A DNA stretch of 46,061 nucleotides, taken from assembly GCA_964461725.1 (NCBI GenBank), contig CAYWVN010000002.1, positions 1 through 46,061 on the forward strand. Reading direction: 5' to 3'. Both the position numbers and the translations under genes were made by a program. Below are positions 6,461 to 14,599 of this stretch, piece by piece. Under the pieces are notes generated by a model that did not search any database, was not told the origin of the DNA, and worked only from the letters and a program-made list of their open reading frames with translations. This stretch comes from an uncultured Coriobacteriia bacterium. GTDB taxonomy: Bacteria > Actinomycetota > Aquicultoria > CAYWVN01. How positions within the stretch are numbered: position 1 is the first letter of the stretch; each line of letters opens with the position of its first letter.

Positions 6461-7642
6461 TCACACCACCACGAGCTCCCCGTCGGCACACACGGTCACG
6501 TTGTCGGCCACCTCGGCGAGCGCGCCCGGATTCTCCGTGTGAATCGGGATCACCCGCTTTGCGCCCACGGCGGCCGCCAGCCGGCGCAAGTCCTCAGGCT
6601 CCGCGTGCCCGCTCGCGTGGATGAACTGTGGCTCTGTCCCGTGCCGCTCGCAGAACGGCCTGAGGCAGGCGTCCGAATCCCAGTAGCCTGGCCACAGCGA
6701 CCAGACGATACCCACTCGGCTCTCATCGCCCAGCATCTCCAGCAGCTTGACCGCGAACCCGTTCGACCGCGCGATCATCACCGTCTCCGAGCGCCCGCGC
6801 TTGATCTCGTCGCGCTTGATGCCTCTGCGGCGGGCACGCTCGAGGACGAAAGCCGTGTAGAGGTCGATCACCAGCAGGCGCCCGCACCGCTTGGCCGCCC
6901 AGTATACCGAAACCAGCCGGTCGATGTTCTGTGCCGAGCAGACCGTGACGATGAGGTCAGGGTGCGACGAGAAGAGGCGGACCAGCCCGTCTTCCACGTC
7001 CGTCTCGCTGCGGCAATCGCGCGGGCTCGAGCCGAGGGTCGTACCCTCGAGGAGCAGCACGTCCACGTCGCGCGGCGGCTCGGCGACCAGCGCCTCGAAG
7101 CGCCAGCCCGTGCGGCTGTGCGAGCGCAGGTCGCCGGAGTACAGGACGCGGCGGCCGTCGGCCTTGACCAGGATCGCCCGGGAATCCGGCGCGGCGTGGT
7201 CGACAGGGATGCCGCAGATGGTGAAGGAGCCGATGGCGACAGCATCTTCGTCCGGCAGCTCGCGCATATTCCTGGGCAGCGCGGCGTCAGGGACGAAGAG
7301 GTGCGATACCTTGAGCATCTCGATTGTGCCGCGGCTGCCGTAGACGGGCACGTCCGGATGGACGTGATGCGCCAGACCGTGGTGATCCAGGTGGGCATGC
7401 GACAGCACCAGGGCCGAGAACTCGGGCACCGAACCGGCGTACAGCCCGTCGATGTCAGGGAGCACGCCTTCGGCGCGGAGCTCCTGGCCCGGGCGGCGCA
7501 TTGTGCCGCGCGGCCAGTCGCCGCCGTCAGGCTGGGCCAGCGGCATCCCGACATCGAGCAGGATGCGCTCGCCGCTGTCGGCCCGAAGCTCGACGCACGA
7601 ACCGCCGATCTGGTGTGAGCCACGATGGATGGTCAGCTGCAT
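6461..7642 (-). CDS. MBL-fold metallo-hydrolase, RNase J / beta-CASP-like nuclease candidate
   Basis: 393 aa. HxHxDH motif SHAHLDHHG. The C-terminal FIHASGHAEPEDLRRLAAAVGAKRVIPIHTE resembles the SGHA...P.HGE signature of RNase J/beta-CASP enzymes. Its start is 4 nt after the upstream stop and has no SD of its own. Confidence 0.75.
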   Translation of the reverse strand: MQLTIHRGSHQIGGSCVELRADSGERILLDVGMPLAQPDGGDWPRGTMRRPGQELRAEGVLPDIDGLYAGSVPEFSALVLSHAHLDHHGLAHHVHPDVPVYGSRGTIEMLKVSHLFVPDAALPRNMRELPDEDAVAIGSFTICGIPVDHAAPDSRAILVKADGRRVLYSGDLRSHSRTGWRFEALVAEPPRDVDVLLLEGTTLGSSPRDCRSETDVEDGLVRLFSSHPDLIVTVCSAQNIDRLVSVYWAAKRCGRLLVIDLYTAFVLERARRRGIKRDEIKRGRSETVMIARSNGFAVKLLEMLGDESRVGIVWSLWPGYWDSDACLRPFCERHGTEPQFIHASGHAEPEDLRRLAAAVGAKRVIPIHTENPGALAEVADNVTVCADGELVVV

Positions 7643-7646
7643 GTCA

Positions 7647-8582
7647 CTACTTACAGTGGATTAGGTCGCGGAACCGCTGCTTGAAATCATCCAGGTCATA
7701 GGCGGCCTGTTCCCAAAGTCCGTATCCGGCGAAGCAGCTTGTGGCGACCTTGAGCTGCGCACCCGGGCAATCCTTGGGGGATATGCTGTCGAGTTCTTGG
7801 CGCAGGATGTCCGACTCTGGGTCGTGATTGGCCAACATGAAGATGTACTCTGGCTTGTCGTCGCTGAAGCTCGTCACGCAGTTCCGCGTCGGGATCAGGC
7901 CCAGTTCGTGCTTCTGCTGGAAGACCGTGAGCAGCTCATCCTTGAGCTTGTCGACATGCGCCCGGTCGGCAAGGAACTCGCTCATGTCAGTGACGTGCTT
8001 TCTTAGGCCCGCGCTGCCACGGATCGAACCGTCACCGCATTTCAGCTCAATCAGCGCCAGCCCAACGCCGTCGGAACGCTTACGGGCGGCGGTGGTCGAG
8101 CGCCATTTCACGGCGACCATGTCGAAGCGCGCCTTGCGGTACGGGTACTCCATGTCGCAGATGAAGTAGTCAGTGGACGTCGCAGCCTTGCCGAAGTTGT
8201 TGTCTCTGACAATGAGCTGCTGGTACTCGCGCTCGTCCTTGCGGCGCTTGCCGAACCAGAGGTCCATGGCGTGCTTGAGGCGCGGGATGGCGGCGATCCA
8301 GTGGGCGGCCTCATCCTCAGTCTCGATGGCGGGTCCTGGGAGATGCCGCACGAAGTCGCGATCTGCTTCTGCAACGTACTTCTCGTCGAACACCCTCGCC
8401 GTCGGCGACTTGCGCCAGTTCTCGATTCTGAGCAGGCTGCCACCGCGGTAGTAGACGTTGAAGTAGTCGTCGCGAATCTCGAGGCACAGTGTCGAGTCCT
8501 GCTTGACGGAATCAAGGATTGGCTTCAGGCGTCCGCTCTTGAGGTCGTGCAGTAGCTTCGGGGACAGTCCACGTTTGGGCAT
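7647..8582 (-). CDS. Hypothetical protein with a PD-(D/E)xK-like nuclease signature
   Basis: The likely start is MPKRGLSPK at 8582, which has a strong SD (GGAAGGAAGAG); the track ORF extends to 8687. Motifs EREYQQLIV, RFDMVAVKW and GLALIELKCGDG fit an E...D...ExK core. The N- and C-terminal regions are unassigned. Confidence 0.55.
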   Translation of the reverse strand: MPKRGLSPKLLHDLKSGRLKPILDSVKQDSTLCLEIRDDYFNVYYRGGSLLRIENWRKSPTARVFDEKYVAEADRDFVRHLPGPAIETEDEAAHWIAAIPRLKHAMDLWFGKRRKDEREYQQLIVRDNNFGKAATSTDYFICDMEYPYRKARFDMVAVKWRSTTAARKRSDGVGLALIELKCGDGSIRGSAGLRKHVTDMSEFLADRAHVDKLKDELLTVFQQKHELGLIPTRNCVTSFSDDKPEYIFMLANHDPESDILRQELDSISPKDCPGAQLKVATSCFAGYGLWEQAAYDLDDFKQRFRDLIHCK

Positions 8583-8650
8583 CTCTTCCTTCCGTTCGGC
8601 CACGAATAGTCGGTCGCCAGCAATATACATGGCGCGTCTGACAGGCGCGG

Positions 8651-8691
8651 TTGCCCCTTCGGGCAAAAGGACTGCCTCTTGGTGCATACCG
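8651..8691 (+). repeat. Repeat E, copy 2
   Basis: ttgccccttcgggcaaaaggactgcctcttggtgcataccg matches 5277-5317 at 37 of 41 positions. It lies in the divergent intergenic region between the PD-(D/E)xK-like gene and the RhuM gene. Confidence 0.85.
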
Positions 8692-8765
8692 CCTGCCGTT
8701 CCGTGAAGGGTACCGTGGGCGATGGCTGCGGCAGCAGCTGTGTGGAACGGCTAGACGGAGGCCTG

Positions 8766-9332
8766 ATGGGCGTGGAGAAGCAGCCAGAACGGGGTGGAAT
8801 CGTCCTCTATCAATCCCCGGGGGGTCAGGTCCGGCTTGACGGGCGCCTCGAACGGGACACCGTCTGGCTGTCGTTGGACCAGATGGCCGCGCTCTTCGAG
8901 CGAGACAAGTCCGTGATCTCGCGGCACCTGCGAAACGTGTTTGCGTCCGGTGAGCTGGAGAGACAGTCAGTTGTTGCAGAAAATGCAACAGCTGCTGCTG
9001 ACGGGAAGACCTACCAGGTCGACTACTTCAACCTCGACGCGATAATCTCCGTCGGATACCGGGTCAATTCCAGGACAGGCATCCAGTTCCGGATATGGGC
9101 CACCGCCACGCTGCGAGATCATCTGCTGCGCGGCTACACGCTCAATGAGCGACGACTGCGTGAGAGAGGCTTCGACGAAATCGAGCAGACCGTCGGGCTC
9201 TTCGGGCAGGAACGCGGCAACCAACTCGGCGCCATCGTGGGCGCGGTAGAGCAGACCTTCGACGGACAAACGCTGTACCCGAGCGTTCAGGCGCGCGCCG
9301 CTCACCTGCTCTACTTCGTCATCAAGGCATGA
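8766..9332 (+). pseudogene. RhuM-family protein with the beginning of a Fic/Doc-like C-terminal domain, 3'-truncated
   Basis: From ATG 8766 the protein reads MGVEKQPERGGIVLYQSPGGQVRLDGRLERDTVWLSLDQMAALFERDKSVISRHLRNVF...YFNLDAIISVGYRVNSRTGIQFRIWAT, which is RhuM-like. The tail FDGQTLYPSVQARAAHLLYFVIKA* stops just before the position where the HPFxDGNKR motif would be expected. No frame downstream supplies that motif. Confidence 0.65.
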
Positions 9333-9450
9333 ACAAATGTAGACCTTCTTGTGTCACGAGACGGGTGCCATCGCCACACCAATCGTCCGGCGTGCGCGGG
9401 ATTCCTGCTCCACCGGGCCCCCTTTGCCAGGGGTTGCGGTACCGCAAAGG

Positions 9451-10710
9451 CTATCGTTTGGTGCGCGGGGTGATGAGCTCCAGGCCGCCGGCGTGGGGGC
9501 GTAGGGCCTCCGGGACGACGATGGTACCGTCGGCCTGCTGGTAGTTCTCCATGATGGCGATCAGCATCCGGCCGATGGCGACCGCCGTGCCGTTCAGCGT
9601 ATGGAGTATCTCCGGCGGGGCGGACGGCCCCGGCTTGTACCGGATGCCCATCCGCCGCGCCTGGAAGTCGGTGCAGTTGCTGCAGGAGTGCGTCTCCCTG
9701 TACTTGCCTTCGGTCGGGATCCACGCCTCCATGTCGTACTTCTTGGCGGCCGGCGCGCCCAGATCGCCTGTGCACATCGGCACCACCTGGTAGGGAATCT
9801 CCAGCGCCCGCAGAACCTTCTCCTCTTGGGCCACCAGTAGCTCTTGCTCGTCCCACGATTCTGAAGGATTGCAGAACGAGAACATCTCCACCTTGTCGAA
9901 CTGATGCACTCTGAGAATGCCGCGGACGTCCTTGCCGTAGGATCCGGCTTCGCGGCGGAAGCAGGTCGAGAAGCCCACGTAGCGGAGCGGCAGATCGTCC
10001 GCCGCGAAGGTCTCGCCCCCATGCATGCCGAGAATCGACTGCTCGGATGTGCCGACGAGATAGAGGTCGTCCTTGGCGGTCTTGTAGATCTCCTCCTCAC
10101 CGCCGGGGAGGTAGCCGCCGCCCTGCATGACCTCACGCTTGACCATGACCGGCGGCACCACCGGCACGAACCCGTCCTCGCCCAAGAGCGACATGACCAG
10201 CTGGACCAGGGCGAACTCCAGGGTGACAGCGGCGCCTTTCAGGTAGTAGAAACGGCTGCCGGAGGCCTTGGCGGCCCGCTCGATGTCGATGATGTCCAGC
10301 GCCTCGCCGAGGGCGATGTGATTGCGCGGCTCGAAGTCGAACTTCCGCGGCTCGCCCCACTTGCGCACGACGACGTTCTCGCTCTCGTCGCGTCCGACCG
10401 GCACCGATTCGTGCGGGAGGTTCGGCACCTGGAGCAGCAGCTCGCCGCGCTGGGCTTTCAGCTCGTCGGCCGCCGCCTCAGCCGCCCGCTGCTCGTCGCG
10501 AAGCGCGCGCATGGCCTCCTTGTCGACCTCGCCGCGATGCTCTTTGGACTTCTTCTTTTGTTCGGCACGCAGCTGCTCGGCGGCGGCCAGCTTCTCGCGG
10601 AACGAGGCGTCCAGTTCCAGCAGCCGATCGATATCGACATCGACCTGCTTGTCGGCCGCGCCTTTCTTCACCGCATCGGGATTCTGTCGGATGAGTTTGA
10701 TGTCTAGCAC
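9451..10710 (-). CDS. serS: Seryl-tRNA synthetase
   Basis: 419 aa with a GTG start. It has the N-terminal coiled-coil arm and a class II core (FRREAGSYGKDVRGILRVHQFDKVE, GTAVAIGRMLIAIMENYQ). Confidence 0.95.
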   Translation of the reverse strand: MLDIKLIRQNPDAVKKGAADKQVDVDIDRLLELDASFREKLAAAEQLRAEQKKKSKEHRGEVDKEAMRALRDEQRAAEAAADELKAQRGELLLQVPNLPHESVPVGRDESENVVVRKWGEPRKFDFEPRNHIALGEALDIIDIERAAKASGSRFYYLKGAAVTLEFALVQLVMSLLGEDGFVPVVPPVMVKREVMQGGGYLPGGEEEIYKTAKDDLYLVGTSEQSILGMHGGETFAADDLPLRYVGFSTCFRREAGSYGKDVRGILRVHQFDKVEMFSFCNPSESWDEQELLVAQEEKVLRALEIPYQVVPMCTGDLGAPAAKKYDMEAWIPTEGKYRETHSCSNCTDFQARRMGIRYKPGPSAPPEILHTLNGTAVAIGRMLIAIMENYQQADGTIVVPEALRPHAGGLELITPRTKR

Positions 10711-11588
10711 GGCCGGCCTCCGGCCGCCGGATCGCCGCCCGGTCCGTCCCCAGAGTCATCGGCCATCGGATAGGAGCCGAGCACCTTGACCTCCCGCAGC
10801 TTGCATTGGAGGCACTTCAGGGCGTCGGCCGCGGTCTCATCGTCCGCATGCCCTTCGAAGTCGATCCAGAAGCAGTAGTCGCCCAGCGCCTTCTTGGTCG
10901 GGCGCGACTGTATCTTGGTCAGGTTGATGTAGCGGAAGGCGAACTCCTGCAGGATCATCAGCAGGCTCCCCGGGCGGTCCTCGTAGATGAAGCAGACGAG
11001 CGAGGTCTTGTCGTGCCCGGTCGGGGCCGGCCGGTCCTTGCCGACCACCACGAACCGTGTCTTGTTGTCCTCGTAGTCCTCGATGTCCTGGTCAAGTGTT
11101 TCCAGACCGTAAAGCCGGCCGGCGAGAGCTGTGCCGATGGCCGCGCGCCCGCCGTCGGCCTCGGCCACCTGCTGGGCGGCGTCCGCCGTGCTGTAGGCGG
11201 CCCTCACCTGGACGCCGGGGAGCTTCTCGGCCAGGTACCGGCGGCACTGGGCCGTCGCTTGGGGATGTGAGACGATCTCGCGGACATCCGCCATCGCCAC
11301 GCCCGGACGGGCGAGCAGGTGATGCCGGACCGGCGCCACGATCTCACGCTCGATGCGAAGGTCATGCGTCTCGAAAGTGAGCACGTCCATGGTGGCGTTG
11401 ACGCCGCCCTCGATGGAGTTCTCGATGGGGACGATGCCGCGGTCGACCTCGTCGCGCTCGGCGGCCAGGATGACCTCGGCTTCCGTCGAGTAGGGAACCA
11501 TATCGGCTTCGCCCACGCCCATCGTGGAAAGGGCCGCCTCTTCAGTGAACGTCCCCCGCGGACCAAGGAACCCGAGCTTACCAGCCAA
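10704..11588 (-). CDS. pheA: Prephenate dehydratase with a C-terminal ACT domain
   Basis: 294 aa. Motifs GFLGPRGTFTEEAA, NKTRFVVV and the ACT-type tail SLVCFIYEDRPGSLLMILQEF. Its stop overlaps the serS start. Confidence 0.9.
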   Translation of the reverse strand: MAGKLGFLGPRGTFTEEAALSTMGVGEADMVPYSTEAEVILAAERDEVDRGIVPIENSIEGGVNATMDVLTFETHDLRIEREIVAPVRHHLLARPGVAMADVREIVSHPQATAQCRRYLAEKLPGVQVRAAYSTADAAQQVAEADGGRAAIGTALAGRLYGLETLDQDIEDYEDNKTRFVVVGKDRPAPTGHDKTSLVCFIYEDRPGSLLMILQEFAFRYINLTKIQSRPTKKALGDYCFWIDFEGHADDETAADALKCLQCKLREVKVLGSYPMADDSGDGPGGDPAAGGRPC

Positions 11589-11649
11589 AACGACACCTCC
11601 TGAATATGCCAGGTAGTTTACCCCATCAGGTGGTCTAAGGGGATAGCGA

Positions 11650-13182
11650 CTAGGTGTCGTCGCGCGGGGAGCAGACGCGGTTGCGCCCGGTCGTCTTGGC
11701 GATGTAGAGGGCGTCGTCCGCCTCGCGCAGGAGCGCGCTCACGTCTTCCGCGTGCATCGGATAGGTGGCCACCCCGAGCGATATTGTGAGCTGGACCGTG
11801 CGCTGCCCGTCGCCCCCTGGGAACCGGTACTCGGACACCAGCTCGCGCAGCTTCTCCGCCGCCACGAACGCGCCGGAGATGTCGGTCTCCGGCAGGAGGA
11901 AGCAGAACTCCTCCCCGCCGTAGCGGGCCACGAGGTCGGTCTCGCGCGAGTGCTCCGAGAAGAGCGCCCCCATCTCGGCCAGCACCTGGTCGCCCTGCAG
12001 ATGTCCATAAGTGTCGTTGTAGAGCTTGAAGTCGTCGACATCGATCATGATGAGCGAGAGCGACCGGTTGTAGCGCTGGGCGCGGTCGTGCTCGGTCTGG
12101 AGTTGCTCCTGTAGGTGCCGGTAGTTGAATAGCTCGGTCAGCTCGTCGGTTATCGCCAGCTTGCGGGTGAGCTCGTAGAGGCGGGCGTTCTCCACGGCGA
12201 CGGCCAGCTCGCTGGCGACAGCCGAGAGGACCAGCATGTCCTCCTCCGAGAGCTCGTCGATCGGCCCGGATTCGGTACACAGCACGCCCATCATCTTCTC
12301 CTGGTCCAGGATAGGCCTGCACTTCAGATAAGGCGCGTCAGGTTCCTGGGCGTTGCCGGGCGCCATGTCCCCGCTCGCGACGCCCAGCATGAGGTTCTCG
12401 GCCGCCTTCTCCGGCAACCCCTGCGCGGCTTGAAAGAGGATCTCCCCTTTCTTCTTGTCCATGATCATCAGCGCGCAGCGCCTGAGGTTCAGAACCTTCT
12501 GGAGAAGATCCAGGACGAGTTTGGCCAATGCGTCGAAGTCCAGGGTGGCGTGGATGACCATCGCCATCTCCGAGACCGCGTGGAGCTCCGTGATGCGCCG
12601 CTGCAGCTCGATGTTCGCGTCGGAGAGCTGCTCGTTCAGCCTCTTGACCTCGCTCTTTTCTATGCGCCCAAGCTCCGATATCCAGCTGATCATGATGGCG
12701 ACGCCTATCATGAAGACGGACTTCACTATCATGTCGAACCATTGCCCGGAGAGCACCTGCTGGTAGTTGAAGGCAAGGAAGGCCGCGCCGGAGAGAGCGC
12801 CGACCACCGCGCCCACGCGGAGCGAGAAGTACAGGGCGTAGACCGCCGATAGGATGAAGTAGCCAAGGTAGAAGATGCTGTTGTGATGCCCGGTGATGGA
12901 AGTAGTGAATCCGATGTAGACGATATCTATCGGCAGGATGCTGAAGTAGAGCAGAGTATGGCGCTGGGGATAAAGCATCAGGCCGAGGCAGAACGCCAGG
13001 CTGACGACGCTGAAGGCGGACAGGGTCAGGGTGTAGGCGTGGACGGCGGCCCCACTCTCCAGGCGATTCGTCGGTGCGATCAGCGGTCCCAGCCAGACCA
13101 GCGCAAGCAGGCCGACGCGCACCCCGACGTAGGTGCGGTCAAGCAACGAAAAATTCGACCACAGGCTCTTTTTCTCCGCCAT
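11650..13182 (-). CDS. Membrane-anchored GAF-GGDEF diguanylate cyclase
   Basis: 510 aa. About 6 N-terminal TM helices, a GAF-like middle region, and a GGDEF domain with an RETD I-site five residues before GGEEF. Confidence 0.9.
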   Translation of the reverse strand: MAEKKSLWSNFSLLDRTYVGVRVGLLALVWLGPLIAPTNRLESGAAVHAYTLTLSAFSVVSLAFCLGLMLYPQRHTLLYFSILPIDIVYIGFTTSITGHHNSIFYLGYFILSAVYALYFSLRVGAVVGALSGAAFLAFNYQQVLSGQWFDMIVKSVFMIGVAIMISWISELGRIEKSEVKRLNEQLSDANIELQRRITELHAVSEMAMVIHATLDFDALAKLVLDLLQKVLNLRRCALMIMDKKKGEILFQAAQGLPEKAAENLMLGVASGDMAPGNAQEPDAPYLKCRPILDQEKMMGVLCTESGPIDELSEEDMLVLSAVASELAVAVENARLYELTRKLAITDELTELFNYRHLQEQLQTEHDRAQRYNRSLSLIMIDVDDFKLYNDTYGHLQGDQVLAEMGALFSEHSRETDLVARYGGEEFCFLLPETDISGAFVAAEKLRELVSEYRFPGGDGQRTVQLTISLGVATYPMHAEDVSALLREADDALYIAKTTGRNRVCSPRDDT

Positions 13183-13206
13183 AGGAACAAGGGCCCGCCC
13201 TGAGCT

Positions 13207-13692
13207 CTAGGCCATGGCTCGGGCGATTGCCTCTTTCTCCTCCTTGGAGAGGTTGTACGGGGACTGCCCCTTCTCGACAGGCTTGGCGTAGCTGCGGCTT
13301 TCCTGCCGGCCGCTTATGGCCGTGAGCACCGCTCCGTCGCCTTCGTTGTTCAGTAGCGCGACCGAGAAACTGAGCGCCCCGCCCGCGTCCTCGAAGGCGT
13401 CGAACCGGACCAGCCCGACGCGCTGCACCGCCTTGTCGATTCGTTCCCCGATAGTGATATTCTCGTCACCCAGCGCCGAGACTTGAGCCTGGAGATGCTG
13501 GAGATCGCGGATGTTGCCGGTGACCACTTCCATGATGTTGCCCGCCTTGGCCGCCTTGGCGACGGTGCGGCGCTGGGAAGAAAAGGCAAAGAGCCAAGCA
13601 GTGAGGATGCCCAACCAGATCAGACATACAACGAAAAGCAGCACCGTGATCCAAAAGGCTGCGGGCGTGACGTAGAATGCGGATTGGGGCAT
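13207..13692 (-). CDS. DUF4446-family membrane protein
   Basis: 161 aa with one N-terminal TM helix. The VGLVRFDAFEDAGGALSFSVALLNNEGDGAVLTAISGRQ core is typical of DUF4446. Confidence 0.7.
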   Translation of the reverse strand: MPQSAFYVTPAAFWITVLLFVVCLIWLGILTAWLFAFSSQRRTVAKAAKAGNIMEVVTGNIRDLQHLQAQVSALGDENITIGERIDKAVQRVGLVRFDAFEDAGGALSFSVALLNNEGDGAVLTAISGRQESRSYAKPVEKGQSPYNLSKEEKEAIARAMA

Positions 13693-13822
13693 ATCCTGCG
13701 GTGCTCCTTCTGTGGACGCGGCCCAGGCGATTATACAACATGGTCTTCCGGCTTTGCATTACAATACGTGCGCGAGGCCGACAAGGCCCTCCACGTGCCG
13801 GAATCCTCCCGTAGGAGGTCGC

Positions 13823-14599
13823 ATGAGCGGTTTGGAGAAGCGAGTCGAGGCGCTGCTGGAGGAGGTCCGGCGCGGCGACGTATCGGTGGCCGATGCCGTC
13901 AACCGCCTGCGCTCGCTCCCCTTCGAGGATCTCGGCTTCGCCAAGGTAGACCATCACAGGGAGCTCCGAAGCGGCGTCCCGGAAGTCATCTTCTGTGAGG
14001 GCAAGACAGCGGACCAAGTACGCGAGATCGCCGCTGCCCTGGCCGGACGAGGCAACCCCGTTCTGGCCACGCGGGCTTCCGCTGAGGTCTTCGAGGCCGT
14101 TCGCTCCGCGCTTCCCGCCGCCGAGTACAGAACCCAGGCCCGGGTGATTGTGGTACCGGGAGAGCGGGCGGACGTCGGCGTCGGGCGGGTGCTGGTGGTC
14201 GCGGCCGGCACCAGCGACATCCCGGTCGCGGAAGAGGCGGCCGTCACCGCCGAAACGCTGGGCGCCGCAGTCGACCGCGTCTACGACGTCGGAGTGTCCG
14301 GCCTGCACCGGCTGCTGGCGCACCGCGAGCAGTTGGATGCCGCCCGTGCCATAGTGGCGGTCGCCGGAATGGACGGGGTGCTCCCCAGCATCGTGGGCGG
14401 CCTAGTCGCGGCCCCGGTCATCGCTGTCCCAACCAGCATCGGCTACGGGTCCAGCTTCGAGGGTCTGGCGGCGCTACTCACAATGCTGAACTCCTGCGCG
14501 TCCGGCGTGGCCGTGGTGAACATCGATAACGGATTCGGCGCCGGGTACATGGCCGCCATCATCAACCGCCAGTCGGTCGAGGCCGGTGAGCAGTCGTGA
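13823..14599 (+). CDS. larB: Nickel-pincer cofactor biosynthesis protein LarB (PurE-like carboxylase/hydrolase)
   Basis: ATG 13823 follows SD GGAGG (13814-13818). MSGLEKRVEALLEEVRRGDVS...DHHRELRSGVPEVIFCEGKT...AGTSDIPVAEEA...VAGMDGVLPS is typical LarB. Confidence 0.85.
   Translation: MSGLEKRVEALLEEVRRGDVSVADAVNRLRSLPFEDLGFAKVDHHRELRSGVPEVIFCEGKTADQVREIAAALAGRGNPVLATRASAEVFEAVRSALPAAEYRTQARVIVVPGERADVGVGRVLVVAAGTSDIPVAEEAAVTAETLGAAVDRVYDVGVSGLHRLLAHREQLDAARAIVAVAGMDGVLPSIVGGLVAAPVIAVPTSIGYGSSFEGLAALLTMLNSCASGVAVVNIDNGFGAGYMAAIINRQSVEAGEQS

Noticed and set aside
8651-8839. 62-aa TTG-initiated track ORF overlapping the RhuM start.
   Set aside because: Only the first roughly 20 codons (repeat E) are conserved with the second copy. 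The rest overlaps RhuM out of frame and has artefact-like composition.
9396-9414. tRNA 3'-end-like string (GCGGGATTCCTGCTCCACC) as a possible att remnant at the right island border.
   Set aside because: The T-loop and T-stem are incomplete, there is no matching copy at the left border, and no tRNA with this acceptor arm occurs in the window. Chance is the likely explanation.
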